A DNA stretch of 58,129 bases, filler included, from Dimargaris cristalligena (lineage: Eukaryota): NCBI GenBank assembly GCA_003614675.1. It is 2 parts of 2 records of this genome, joined end to end, with 100 filler letters (N's around TTAATTAATTAA, not from the genome) between each part and the next. Parts side by side here need not be neighbours in the genome. Positions count along the whole stretch, not along the records: positions 1 to 29,048 come from ML002492.1; 1 more part is not named here. One strand, written 5' to 3'. Every line of letters begins with the position of its first letter. The stretch's first letter is position 1. Made by a program: the position numbers and the translations under genes. The notes beneath the pieces were generated by a model. It was not told where the DNA came from. It was given only the letters and a program-made list of their open reading frames with translations, and ran no database searches. This document shows positions 1 to 12,300 of this stretch, piece by piece.

Positions 1-2150
1 AATGAAAAGATAGATGAATAATAGAGAAAGGGAGAGAAGGTCCCAGAATATTAGACGACTAAGTAAAGGGAAAGGGAGAGAGTTATTTTTAACTGCACTT
101 TGAACAGGGGCACAGTCAGGCCAGGGGCAGTGTGAATGCAGGGGTATAGTCCACTCAGGGGCAGGGGTGCATCATAGTCAAGGGTATAAAATATAATAAT
201 AGGAAAAACAATATAATGGAGGAAAAATGACTATACTCATTAGGGGCAGGGGCTCATTTACTCATCAGGGGTGTACTTCCAATAAGTGTGAAAAATGGAT
301 TAAAAATAAAAGTAAGTAAAAAATGTGGTAAGTTCACCACAATTTATCCAACTACTAAAAACTTTTCCTTTGATGAAGGACAATTCCTTTTGTATTGGGA
401 TCAGTTATAACTTTCATCAAACAAAAATGTAATGACTTATTCAAATAAAACAAATTAATAATTATATATTATAATAAATGAGTACATGATTTCAGAGCAC
501 TAATTTCAATAAACTCATCATTAGCTCAGTATTGACACAAATTGGGAATCAGTTGACCATTTCATTTGTTATTGGCTGGATTGTCCATGTGTGCCATCAC
601 CATTGATTCTCATGGCACCACACATATGTAGGTCTATAATTGGTGCAATGTTAGAAGTGGTGTCTACTGAAATTTCTCAACAGGAATAATGACAAAAAAT
701 AATCAGTAATAATGCAATTATACCAATATGTACTTACCTACACTATGGGTTAGTATATAAGGGTTTGCTAAGTTAACTAGGGGAATATATGCAAGTAAAT
801 TAACATGATATGAACTTGTGAATATGGGTGATATTCAACTCAGCTGTATAGGGATTTAAATGACAAGTATATGAGACAATGAGTGGGTGGTTCATTTTCA
901 GCCAGTAATATTGGCCTCATCCAACAGATTTTTCACTATACAGCCTGAATGAACTTCTCCCATATAGTTTTATGCAAGCAATACTGTAGGGGTATCCTGA
1001 AATCATAATGGAGCCACCAATGTAGAGACAGTAGGCATCTGGGAGCCTGAAGGGAACATAAGAGTATTTAGGTTAATACCTGGATTAAAGCAATGGGGCC
1101 CAACAGTACTAACTGGAGGAAAATAAAGTGACACCATGGTTCCAAGTATTGTCATAGGAAAGTACTATGGTACAATTTGGCCCAATATGGGTAAGTCATA
1201 TAAAGTAGTTTCAAACCCATTAGGTCTAATAATCTGACATAAGTGTGTCTATAATCTGTTAGAATGATTAATCAAAGGGTAAACACAAGGGCTACTTGGT
1301 ATGACTTAAAGTAATATTTGAAAGGAAATAGTGCCACAAATGACATTGGTAAATATCCACGTTGCCTGGGTTAACCACTCTTAGTCTGTTAAGAGTCCCA
1401 AGGATAGGCTTCTAATGGCAGATGGGGCTTGTACTTGGCTAAGTGAGACTTAGCATTAGGTGGGGGGCATAGTACTAACTAATAAAGGCTACAAGATGCA
1501 GTCATAGGTAAAGGATATGCAGTGAGTCCACTTACTAGTCAGTACAAGGGGGTGAGTGTATATAGTAGTTTATTATGGTGAATGAGGGGGTAAGAATAAG
1601 CTGAGGAATTGAACCAGTCTCAATGGGGCCCAGTTATATATATAGGGGGATGACTCTAGAGGGAGGTCCCCAGGGAAGGATACTACTAAGACTAGGGGTA
1701 AGATGAATAGGCCAACCAGATGGCCATGAGGACTTAGAAGACTCTAATGGTAGCTGGAAGAGTCTTCAGATCAACACCAGAGTGATTAGTGCAAAATGAG
1801 GAGTCTGGAAGGCAAACAGTTATATGATATAGGGTGATCCCATAGTACTGGGGGTAACCATGGGAAGGTTAATATGGTACTAAGACCTAATGGAGATGGA
1901 CAGCATGGTGTTTGGATTAAGTTAGATTAGAAGGTCTGATAGTCTACCTTTGGTTTTACTGAATTAGATGAGTTGATGCCCTGGATATGGGGTAATATAA
2001 CCAGAGATATGAAACCAACGGGGTGGGGGAAATGCCTTTCCAACACCACCTTTAGTTCTAGTATTTTGAAAGTAAACTTTATCCCCAGCTGACAGCACTA
2101 CAAAGCATGTATATGCATAGTGGATAGCCTCAAAGTAGGTAAAGATGTCT
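1..2150 (-). mobile_element. Highly degenerate, CpG-depleted transposon relic, tentatively the 3' part of a LINE-like element
   Basis: Only about 3 CpGs seen in the first ~2.1 kb (near 56, 1360, 2019) while TpG/CpA are abundant. No intact ORF. Minus strand near 620-700 gives a degenerate C..C / RHHF*HCTNYRPTYVW resembling a zf-RVT knuckle. Family call is weak. Confidence 0.5.
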
Positions 2151-2931
2151 AATAATCGTAAAATATTTTATCTTAGGGAATACTGTATTAGCAATTACTA
2201 TTTCCCTATTCTTATCTGGCCAGCACCATCCATATATCTGACCCATAATTGACTGGGTTATCCTTTGCCCTCGGGTCTTAATTCTTCGTGACTGGGGGCT
2301 TGGTTCAAAGTAGCACTGATTCACATGCTGGTTAAGAAAACTAGCAAGGAATTCTAAGGGATTCTCGCCGAAGAGATGTGACTGCTCATGCAGGTAAAAC
2401 TAGATTACCATTAGCAAGCTAAAAATGATATAGCAAAGCATATAAAATTCTACTAACAACAAATACACTAGCGGAGCCTGGGAGAGTAATACGAGATAAA
2501 AATCTGGGAACTATACACGTAATCTTAGGACATAATTGCGCCAATCCTAGTGCTACTCACCAGGTTGTTATTCTCCAAAACGCTGCGTTATAGATATCAA
2601 ACCAGACACTGATAAATAACGATGCCCAATTATTTATATAGACTAGAAATGCTAGCAAATTTTTTTGGACAAAACCCACATTGTTACATTCCAACCCCTA
2701 CCCCGCTCCATATTACACCGGTAACCGCCGATCATTTGAACTTAGATATAAAAAGCTATAAAAACAAATTTATTAATCATGAAAACCCATTTAATAGTCC
2801 TAAAATTGTCCAATGCATTTAGAATTGCAAACAAGTCCGACTACAAGTTAAATTCAGTATCTCGCTGGCCAGCAGCGGCATTCTTGCTAAAGACCAAAGT
2901 GGGATTGCTATAAGACTATAGCCGACGCCCT

Positions 2932-3498
2932 CTAGACACCACATGCAATGTAGTCGCCTTCCTGCTTGCACACAGTGCCAGCGCTACAGGTCATGGGCAA
3001 CATCCGGCCGTGACTACAAACCGTGAAACCCTTGGAGTCGGCGGAATTGCATTGCATTCGACCTTCTTTGCAGTCAGTGAGGCCAGGGACGATTGGGGCA
3101 GCAGGCGCGGCAGTGCTGGGCGCAGTAACAGCGGGGTTGGCGGTGGCAGTGCCAGCAGCATTAGTCGCAGAAGGGGCGGGGGCATTGCCAGTGGCTACGA
3201 CCGGGGGGCTGGCCGAGGTAGTTACAGCAGGGACGGCGGTGGCACTGGTAGGAGCGGGGACAACCGGGTCGACAACGGGGCTGGCGGCAGCAGCAGCAGA
3301 GGGAACAGCCACAACGGGAGCGCTAACCGTAGGCTCGGTAGCCGCGGTGGCCGCGGCGGTCGCAGCAACGACGGGAGCGCTAGCAGCGGTATTGGCAATG
3401 GGGTTGGCGGCGGCTGCAGCAACAGGAGCGTTGGAATCAGCGGCCGATACCGAGGCGACCAGGGCGACGATGGAAAGGATAGTGGCGAATACCTTCAT
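2932..3498 (-). CDS. Secreted Ala/Thr/Pro-rich (mucin-like) protein with C-terminal CBM19-like chitin-binding module, 188 aa
   Basis: First ATG at 3498 gives signal peptide MKVFATILSIVALVASVSA. Low-complexity A/T/P/V linker. C-terminal 6-Cys module CKEGRMQC...FTVC...MTCSAGTVC...IAC. TATA-like TTTATAA on minus near 3666-3672. Confidence 0.85.
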   Translation of the reverse strand: MKVFATILSIVALVASVSAADSNAPVAAAAANPIANTAASAPVVAATAAATAATEPTVSAPVVAVPSAAAAASPVVDPVVPAPTSATAVPAVTTSASPPVVATGNAPAPSATNAAGTATANPAVTAPSTAAPAAPIVPGLTDCKEGRMQCNSADSKGFTVCSHGRMLPMTCSAGTVCKQEGDYIACGV

Positions 3499-6400
3499 GG
3501 CGCTACTTAAAAAGAGAGAGAGAGGGGGGGGAAGAAAGTAGGGTACGGTAGCGAGGATAGCTAAAATTGCGAGGCAAAATAAGCAGGGCCAGTGAAGGTG
3601 TTGGAAAGGTAAGCTAATAGAGAAAGTTGGTGATGACTTTAACCGAAGAGTGGCCGATGGGCCACTTATAAACGCGGACCACTGGCGTTCAAAAGGGACG
3701 CCAAGGGTTGCCAATAACCCATACGCACTTTCCTACTCTACGAGAGCCATCAACACTCCGTGTTCCGGCATCCTTCCCTGACCGATAATGGCCCGTGGCA
3801 TCGGCAACCTTCAACCCCTGCCTATCACGCTCATGACAGTGGATTTTTCCCTCCCGTCTGTTCGACCAGCCGCACTAAAGTACCGGCTAAAGGGATCGCC
3901 CTCCTCAAATATCTGGGCCCGAGTATAGGGTCGATCGCCATTTACATTCTGAATTGGCGAGTTGTGTGGGCCGGAGTTGACGCGGGGTTTGCCTGCCCGA
4001 CGGGCACAATAGTCCACCGAAGACCTATAGCCCCGCGCCTTGCCATTCACTTTGTCATCCGCCTCCGCTCTACAGTAGTGCTGCGGGTATTTGGCCACCC
4101 ACTTCCTGGACTAGGCGGTATTGTCGCACAATTCTAGTCGCTGCCCTTATCCCGCCGCCGTAGACCAAAAATATAGCAGTAATGTCATGAAAAAAGGTGT
4201 GGTTTAGCCGGTTGGGCCCACAACCCTTTACTCTAATGCAGAGGCCCTCTTAACCGGCCAGGAGGTATGGTTGGCTGTAATTCTCGCATGCCTGCTGACT
4301 CTCCTTCCTCGTGTAAAAGAGGGGGCCGATTGATATTACGGGCATTCTTTGTGAACTATATATATATATATATTCATTAATTCCCTCCATTGGGCGGAAT
4401 CATCAATACTATTCTCACTGGTGAACGAATCTCTTGGATAGAGCGAGTATAGGATAGAAAGGGAGAGAGGACCCTAGGGGAGGGGGGGGGGTTATTGTCC
4501 ATTACACTAGTCAAGCATTTACCGATTTCTGGTCCTACTTTTATGAATCGATTTTGAATGACCAGGAGGGTCTTTGTACCATGTAATCGCCGGTATAGAC
4601 GTATTCTGTAGGGAACCATTCGTCCTGTAGTGGGGTTAAATGGCTCTATTCACAGTAAATCCGAATCTACTTGGGCAGAGTTCACTGGGACTATAGTGGC
4701 CATTTGCTTTTATCGAAATGTAGCCGGCCTCCGTTTTTATGATTTTTGATGAAGGCTTCACTGCACATAAATGCTTGTATTAACCATGCCCTAATCCTTA
4801 TTCTCGTGTAATGGGGAGGGAGAATACACTACGGATATAACTCGACTAATCAAGGATACTGTGTTCCGCCTCAGTTCCCGACTCTGGACGATGATTTTAA
4901 TTTATCGGATTGGCACACCTCTGTGATGTACTGACTGTACTAACGGTTCTTTCTACCCTAAGCCCCCCTATATACCGATCGTAGTCGGAGGGCCAACTGT
5001 ACTTAGGTAGATGTGGGTAGGTTGCTTCCCAACAAGAACTACTTGCCTGTGTAAGCCACTATTATAATTGAGTTATAGAAGACCTACGCACCGATCGACA
5101 AAAACGTTAACCGGTGGGCCTGAATTGCTCTGATACTAGACATAAATACAGCCAGAAGTGCACTTGATATTATGATGACGTTGCTCCGAATAATATATCC
5201 GGCTGGGACTAGAAATGCGCTTTGGGGGTTAAATATGGGAGAAGTTCATCTAAGCTGCATAACGAAAAATCCATTAGATTCGGCCAATATTACTAGTTAA
5301 AAATAAAATTCCCATATATTCTCCCATACACATATAATGTAAGCCCTTATATAGCTGGGCTGAATTTCACCCATATGGTCTTGAGCGGTAGTGTGGGCAG
5401 TTTGACCAGAAGGTACCTAATCCTAACCTAAACGCATACTTCCAATTGGACGTTGGGCCAAACCGCTGTGTTCACCAAAAGGTATTCACCGCATAGTAAT
5501 ACATAGCCAAATTGAAGTGTAGCGGCTGCTCGGACTTTGAGTTCCCCCGTCAGCTTGGGTTAGGGGCCTACCACGAGATCACCGGCTATCGGGCGGGACT
5601 ACTATCCTAGATCGGGTGCTTTACTTGGGAAATACCCTTAGGTAGAGGCATATACACCCTCCCCATACATCTCGTTGTAGCAAGGGTATTGGGACAATCC
5701 CTGAAACGCCGATAATGCCATAGTAAAAGGGAAAGAAGGCTTTGTTTGAGTTTTTTAGGGATAGCTATGCCGGACAGTGGATGTTTCGAGTATTGGCTAT
5801 TCTATCTTAGGTCTTAATAAAATATCAGCCAAACTTGTGGGGCGGGGACAAACTACGGCACTTATATAAGCACGAGGATATAATTGCTCTCTATTTATGA
5901 CAATCAAGTGGAGGGGTTTAGTCCACTGCTAAAACTGTAAATTAGTTTACATACACTATTTACTTAAATATGAAGGATTACTCGTAGTCAATTTCAGGGG
6001 GTTTATTTTTTTCTAGAAATCTACTATTGACAAAATATTTGTAGTAGGGGTGGGTGGCTTTCACGAGCCCTTCGGGTACTAATACATTATCCACTGAGTA
6101 GACCCTTAACTAATTCAGTTTCTCTCTCGCAGTAGCTATCATCAGGTATATTATTTATGTAAAGATGTTTCCGGACTTGTAGAGCCATTACATATGGAGT
6201 TTACCGGACTATAATGTTGTGGTGATCTATATTGCTCTTATGGATATACTTTAATGGTGCTAAACGGGAAGTGGATAATAACTAATGCTAAGACCGGACG
6301 TAAATTGAAATAAGAAAGCGATGCGGGAGAGAAAATGCCAACCATGAAAGACCGTGGGCCCACAATTAGGCCACCGATCAAAAAAAAATCGAAAAAGGCT

Positions 6401-6612
6401 GGAGGGCACAACTATAGCCCAGTGGCTATTTATTGCCTGAAAGGAAAAAAATCTCGTACTACCAATGATAAGAAAAATAGCCGTGTATTCAACGGAGTTG
6501 GCCAAAAACCAAAGGATGATGGCACAATGCCGGGGTAGTAAGGGGAGAGTGTGTGTGTGGGGGGGAAGGGTTGGATGTTCATACTAGACAGTGGACTAAT
6601 CTCTATTTTCGA

Positions 6613-8596
6613 TTAGGCCTCCTGGGAGGTGGAGAGAGGGTAAAGCTCCAGAATATGTTCCCAAGTCTTAGTTTCGCTGATCAGGTCCTTCAGGATAGCG
6701 AGGACCACGCTGATGGGCTGCCGGATTTGGTGGGTGGAGTCCCGCTCCCGCAGGGTCACGGTCTCGTCCTTGACGGTCTGGAAATCCACGGTGATGGCGA
6801 AGGGGGTACCCAGTTCGTCGTTACGTGCGTAGCGCTTACCGATGGAGGCGGAAGAGTCATCGACCTTGGCGGCGATACCCATGCCACGGAGCTGGCTGGC
6901 CAGTTGCTTGACGACGGGGGTGAACACGGGGCTGTTGCTCAGGGGGAGGACCAGGCATTTGAAAGGTGCCACGCAGGTGGGGAAGGACAGGACGGCCCGC
7001 GCTTCGTCATCTTCGCGGGTCCAGTAGCTGTGTTCAATGAGGGAGTACAGGATCCGGCCGATACCGAAGGAAGGTTCAATCACATTGGGCGTGAACTCGC
7101 GGACGCTGTGCTTGACCTGGACCCGTTCAATGGTGACCAACGAGGAGTCCAGTGGGTAGGTGTTACCATCGGCGGCCTGGATAGTGGCCTGTCCACTAGC
7201 GGTCAACTGGGCCTGGAGTTCCAGGAGCTGGGGCTCCTCCAGCTGGGTAAGGTAGTCCTCAACCACCCGGGCGGCCTTCTTGAACTTGGGTCCAAACAAC
7301 TTCTTGTTGATCGTAAGGCGCACCACGTCCTCAATGACGGGCTCCGGCAGGGCCTGCTGAACAGTTAACCTTTCACCGGTCTTCTTGGCGTGTACGGTCA
7401 GATCATAAGCGGAACGATCGGCGCACCCCACACACTCGATCCAGCCGTAGCTGCTCTGGATTTCGGCATCCCAGCAGTCACAGGCGTAGTGGGCCATTTC
7501 GTTGGACATGTGCTGGCGGAACCGCAGGCGCTGGGGGTTGATACCGATCCGGAGCAGAAACCGGAAGATACGGACCAGGAAATAACCCAGGGTTTCGTTG
7601 TCGACCAGACCGGAACGGACGGCCTCTCCGATGGTCGTTTCGGTGAGCTCCGTTGCACCGTTGAGCTGGGTGGTGGCGGGCAGTAGGCGCAGCACGGTGT
7701 CCTGCACCTCAGCGAACCGGGAGTGGCTCTTATCCAGCGGATCGACGAAGTGCTCAATCTCGGCCATGGTGAACTCACGCACGCGGAGCAGACCGGCGCG
7801 GGGGGGAGATTTCGTTACGGAACGACTTGCCAATCGTGGCGGAGGCAAACGGCACCCGCTCGTTGTTGAATTCAAGCAGACGCTTGAAGTTGAGGAATTG
7901 TCCCTGGGCGGTCTCGGGCCGCAGATAACCCTTGAGTTGGCCAGTGGGGCCGATGCTGCTCTCGAACATCAGGTTGAATTCGACGGGGGTAGTGACGGGG
8001 TTGCCAGTTTCCAGGGCCCGGATATCCCAGCGGGTAATCAAATCGCCCAAACCAGCGCCGTCGAAATTATCCAATTGGGCCAGAATCTGCTGGTATTCGT
8101 TGAAGACGCTCTCGCTCAGCTCAGCGACCACTACGGTACCCTTCTTGGACCGCTTCCCGCCGGCCTTCTTCTCGGCGGCGGCGGACGTGGCGGGGGCAAC
8201 GGACTTGGCGTCCGACGTAGCAGCCAGCTTCGCCATCTTGGCCAGCAAGTGACCCTCGATGCGGGCCTCCAGCACGGCCTTGACCAAGTGATCGGCGCGG
8301 TAAATGTCGCCGTTCTTGGTGTCCTTCACCATCCAGTCACTGAATTTGTCCACATGCCCAGAGGTCTTGAGAACCTCGGCGGGGGTCAGGATCGAACAGT
8401 CCAATTCCAGCATATCCTCCTCGAGCACGAAGTGGGAGCGCCAGAGGTTAAGGATGTTGGTTTGCAGAGCACAACCGATGGGACCGTAGTCATACAGACC
8501 GGCTACTCCGCCGTACATGCCAAAAGACGGGGCGTAGAAGAAGCGCTTGGCGACCAGCGACTCGAGCTCGGGGCGGTCAAACTTGGGGGCGGCCAT
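6613..8596 (-). CDS. GRS1: Glycyl-tRNA synthetase (eukaryotic alpha2 type), intronless, with a 1-nt frameshift in the C7 run at 7800-7806
   Basis: ORF 7775-8650 has GLYDYGP, SGHVDKFSD, YLRPETAQGQF and GKSFRNEIS. ORF 6613-7875 has RAGLLRVREFTMAEIEHF, EMAHYACDCWDAE, VIEPSFGIGR and GKRYARNDELG. Removing one C restores FRNEISPRAGLLRVREF. Confidence 0.95.
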
Positions 8597-9390
8597 GGTG
8601 GGTTTCAAGAGTATAGGAAAAAAATAAGGGCAGGGGAAAAACGGGTGCACTCGGCAGATAACGGCAATGCAAGAGGTAAAAACTGAGGAAAAAAGAGAGA
8701 AGCTGAAATGAAGTGAAACGCCGCGGGGGATGGGTTAAAGAGCAGTCGAGAGCAGGAAGAGATGCGGACAACGGAGAGAGATCAGGCAGAGGCTGGATTG
8801 AGTGGGGGGGCCACTCCGCTAGGAAAGGGGGGGGAATATAAAAGAAATCGATTGGTGCTAAAAAAAAGGCGGTAGCGGGCCACTCCGCAGAAGCCAAACC
8901 CTACTCCAGTCTACTGCATAGACGTTACTATATAGGCGAGGGCTGAATGACTTATGCAAACAGAGAGAGGCTTTAATACTGACCCCTCAGGCCAGGACCC
9001 CCCCTGGCCCATTACCAATATAGCAAAAGACTATCTAACCATCCGAAGCAACGCCAAACTACCACTCAAAATATTAGACCCCTTTTCCACTGCGTCAATT
9101 AGCTAGCGTCGTAATAACCTGTCTTATTCTACAGCTTGAATGAGAAGCCAATGATTGTCATAAAATGAGTCCGCCACAAAATACAAATAACGGGGCACTT
9201 TACCTAAAAGCAAAAAGATATAAAAAAACAGTCGGCAAATCAATCAAATAGTGATGCGACAAACTAATGTATCACCAAAAGCACAGTAACTAAAGTCGCG
9301 TGGGTGACAAAATAGTCCCGAAGTATGGGGTCATTCCGGAATATAGATATTTATGTGATAAAATGAACCAAAGAGAGGGCTTTGGGGCAT

Positions 9391-12300
9391 TTAGGAACGG
9401 ATAACCAACCGCTCCGCTGCCTCTGCATCAATATCCGTCTCAGTAATTAGAGGGGTCTGCTCTTCCGAAGCCGCCGAGGGTTCAAAGTCGGTGGTGTTGG
9501 ACTGGGACTGCCTCGACCACGGCCAACGGAAATTTCCTACAAGGGGCAGTCGCCAGGCCGAGCGGGGTGGGGTGGCCGCATCCCGCTGGCCACCACTACT
9601 GGACTCGAAGTATAAGCCATGGTTGTTATCATCGTCGCCCCACCAACTGTAGTCGGTGAAGGTCACCAGTAGAACGGGTAAAAACACGAGACCGTGGAAC
9701 ACGCCCGCCAACACCATGGCCAAGTACATGCGGAAATAGTATACCTCAAAGATCTTGGAGCGAGCGAAGGCCAAAACCACAATTCCGCAGAATTTGGTCA
9801 AGGCGATGCCCGAAAAAACCGAGCTACCCGCTTCGCCCACGGCCACGCAGAGGCGTTCATCGGGGGTGCCCTTGGTGACGACATACTTACGGGCAATGTG
9901 GCAACAGAACTCCACACTAATACCCAGGCCGATCATCAGATTCACCAGACTGAGGGCGTTCAGGCTAACGCCCCAGTTGGCCATGGCGGCCATTTCCTGG
10001 ACCAAAACCATGATGACAGTGAGGACGGTAAACAACGCCACCCGCAAGTGACCCAGTAAAAGCCAAGTGACCAGGAAAATCGCCCCAATCCCCACGCTCA
10101 GCAATAAGGTGGTGAGGCGCACGATATGGGCGTATTGGTCAAAGAAAATGTAATATACCGAGTAGGGGAATATTTCCAAGCCGGTAGCGGCACTGGCGTC
10201 CTCGGCGATGCGCTGGGCGGCTGCAAAGGCGGCGATCAAGTCCGCCTGGGAGCGTAGCGGGGTATGGAAGGTACGCACATGGGACGCCGTAATGGCCCCT
10301 CCGGTGTGGTTCTGCGGGTCGCCGCGGGCGATGGCATTGCCGTAGGCCGCGGCGCCGGCCAAGGGACACTCGGGGCCGGGCATAGCGGACAGCCAGTGGT
10401 CGAAATATTCCATGAATTCCGATCCCTCCGGTAGACCGCGCAGGGTAATGTTCCAGGCCGGGTCGTGGTCGGCCCAGCACACACGGCATTTCTCGTCGGT
10501 ATCCCAAGGGTCACACAGTTCGGTATGGTTTCCACCGTTAGGACCGTTGGACACGGTTCGGACCCGGCAGCAGGACTCCGCGGCGGGGTTCAGCCAGTGG
10601 AAATAGTCGTCCAACCAGACCGATGCCGGCTGGGCCAGATAGGAAACGTCGGGCCGCTTGCGCTCCTGTTCCAACAGGTTGGCCAGGGACCGATCAGCGC
10701 ATGTCGTGAACCGACCGCACAGGGCCCGCTGTTCGGGTCGGTCCGTGATGTGCGCGTGCTTCGTCACAAAATAGACGGGGGGGCCCGTCTGGAAGTACTG
10801 GTCCAATCGGTCAAAGTAGGGCACGAGATACGAATCCCGGGGTAAGGCGATGCGCTGATCCAAGCCGAGTTCGATATGCCGGGCCTTTTCGAGATTGGCC
10901 GCAAACAGAACGGTGAACAGGGTGAATACGGACCACCGTACAATCGAATGGTTGAGCAGGGGCCCGTAGATGGTACCCATGAACCACTGGAGCCACGACT
11001 CCCGTCGGGCCCAGATGGACGTGGGCGACCCGGCGAATTCGGAATCGAGGCGAATGGGGACCAGGAACCAGGGCCACAAATCGGCCCGGCCGTCTTCCGT
11101 GCGGTGGGCGTCGAGGGTCAGCAAAGCCACGAACCCGGTAATCTGGAGCACAAAGTCCAGCCAGACGGCCAAGGCCGCATACAAAGCGAAGATACTTACG
11201 GCGGGCATAGATACGAAACCACCCAGTCCGAAAGCCAGGGTTTCGGCCAGGGAGGACAGGAGAATGCTGGGGCCGACGTTGCCCAATGCAGTCGCCACCC
11301 GCTGTTCGACGGGGGCGGTGGGAAGCTGGGCCGTCTGGCGGTCGAGCTCATTGACGAGGAGGAAAATGTTATCAACCCCGACGGCCAGCACCAAGAAGGG
11401 GATCACCTCAGCAATAATCAGGGTGGCCTTGAAGCCCAGCGCGGAGAGTAAGCCCACCGACATGGACACGGAGGCCAGCACCACACCAATTCCCGCAAGG
11501 CCGAGAGTGAATTTGGTTTCCACCCAGACCCGTCGGCTCTGAATAGCGTGGCGGGAAAAGCGGCTCAGGGCCACCGAGGCGTAGAGGAACATCACGAGGT
11601 AGCTAATGGCAATCGTCACGACGTCCGTGTAGGTGGATTTGGCCAGCTCCTGCTCAATGGAGATTTCGGTCGAATAGCTCACCTCCAGGCCCCGTAAGTC
11701 GAAACGGGGGTCGGTGTGGATGTTGGTCAAGGTGTCCAAAAAGGCGGTCTCCCAGGCCTCCCGCTGGTCCCGGTCGGTGGCATTCTGGGAGTTGGTCAGG
11801 ACGTAGGTGACGAACAGGGCCTGGGCCTGGTCATAGTCCCCGTTCGGATAACCCCCCAGTAGAAGGGTGGGCTTCAGGGGTTGGCCGAATTCGGGCAAAC
11901 AGTTGCCCGGGTGGTGGGTACAGTCGTTGAAGGTGGACTGCCAGTCGCTATCCTCAAATTCTTCCAGACTGTTCTGCCAGTAGCCAGTAACGGACTGGAC
12001 TACACATCCTTCGCCCGTTGGCTGAAAACACAGGTCGGTCAGAGTTTGGTTGTACCCAGGTGAAATAATTTGACGGACCGCTTCGTCAAGCAGGAACAGT
12101 TGGCGGAGCACATGGTGGGTAATGACCGTGTTCTCTTTGTAGTCCGCGGCCGGGGTAATCACGATCTGTTCGGTCCGGTAAAAAGGTCCGAAGTTGTCGT
12201 CGAAGAAGCGTTTGTTTTGCGCACTCGTTGACTGGGGTCCCACCCATAGCCGCTCCGGGCTGGTTTCAATGTCGAAGGACCGCCAACCTAATGAGCAGAG

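Noticed and set aside
8130..8250. Lys/Ala-rich insert in GlyRS (EKKAGGKRSKKG)
   Set aside because: Corresponds to the variable Lys-rich insertion normal in fungal GlyRS.
6553..8686. Long + strand ORFs (271 and 362 aa) antisense to GRS1
   Set aside because: Shadow ORFs caused by GC3-biased codon usage. No domains, and they follow the sense frame.
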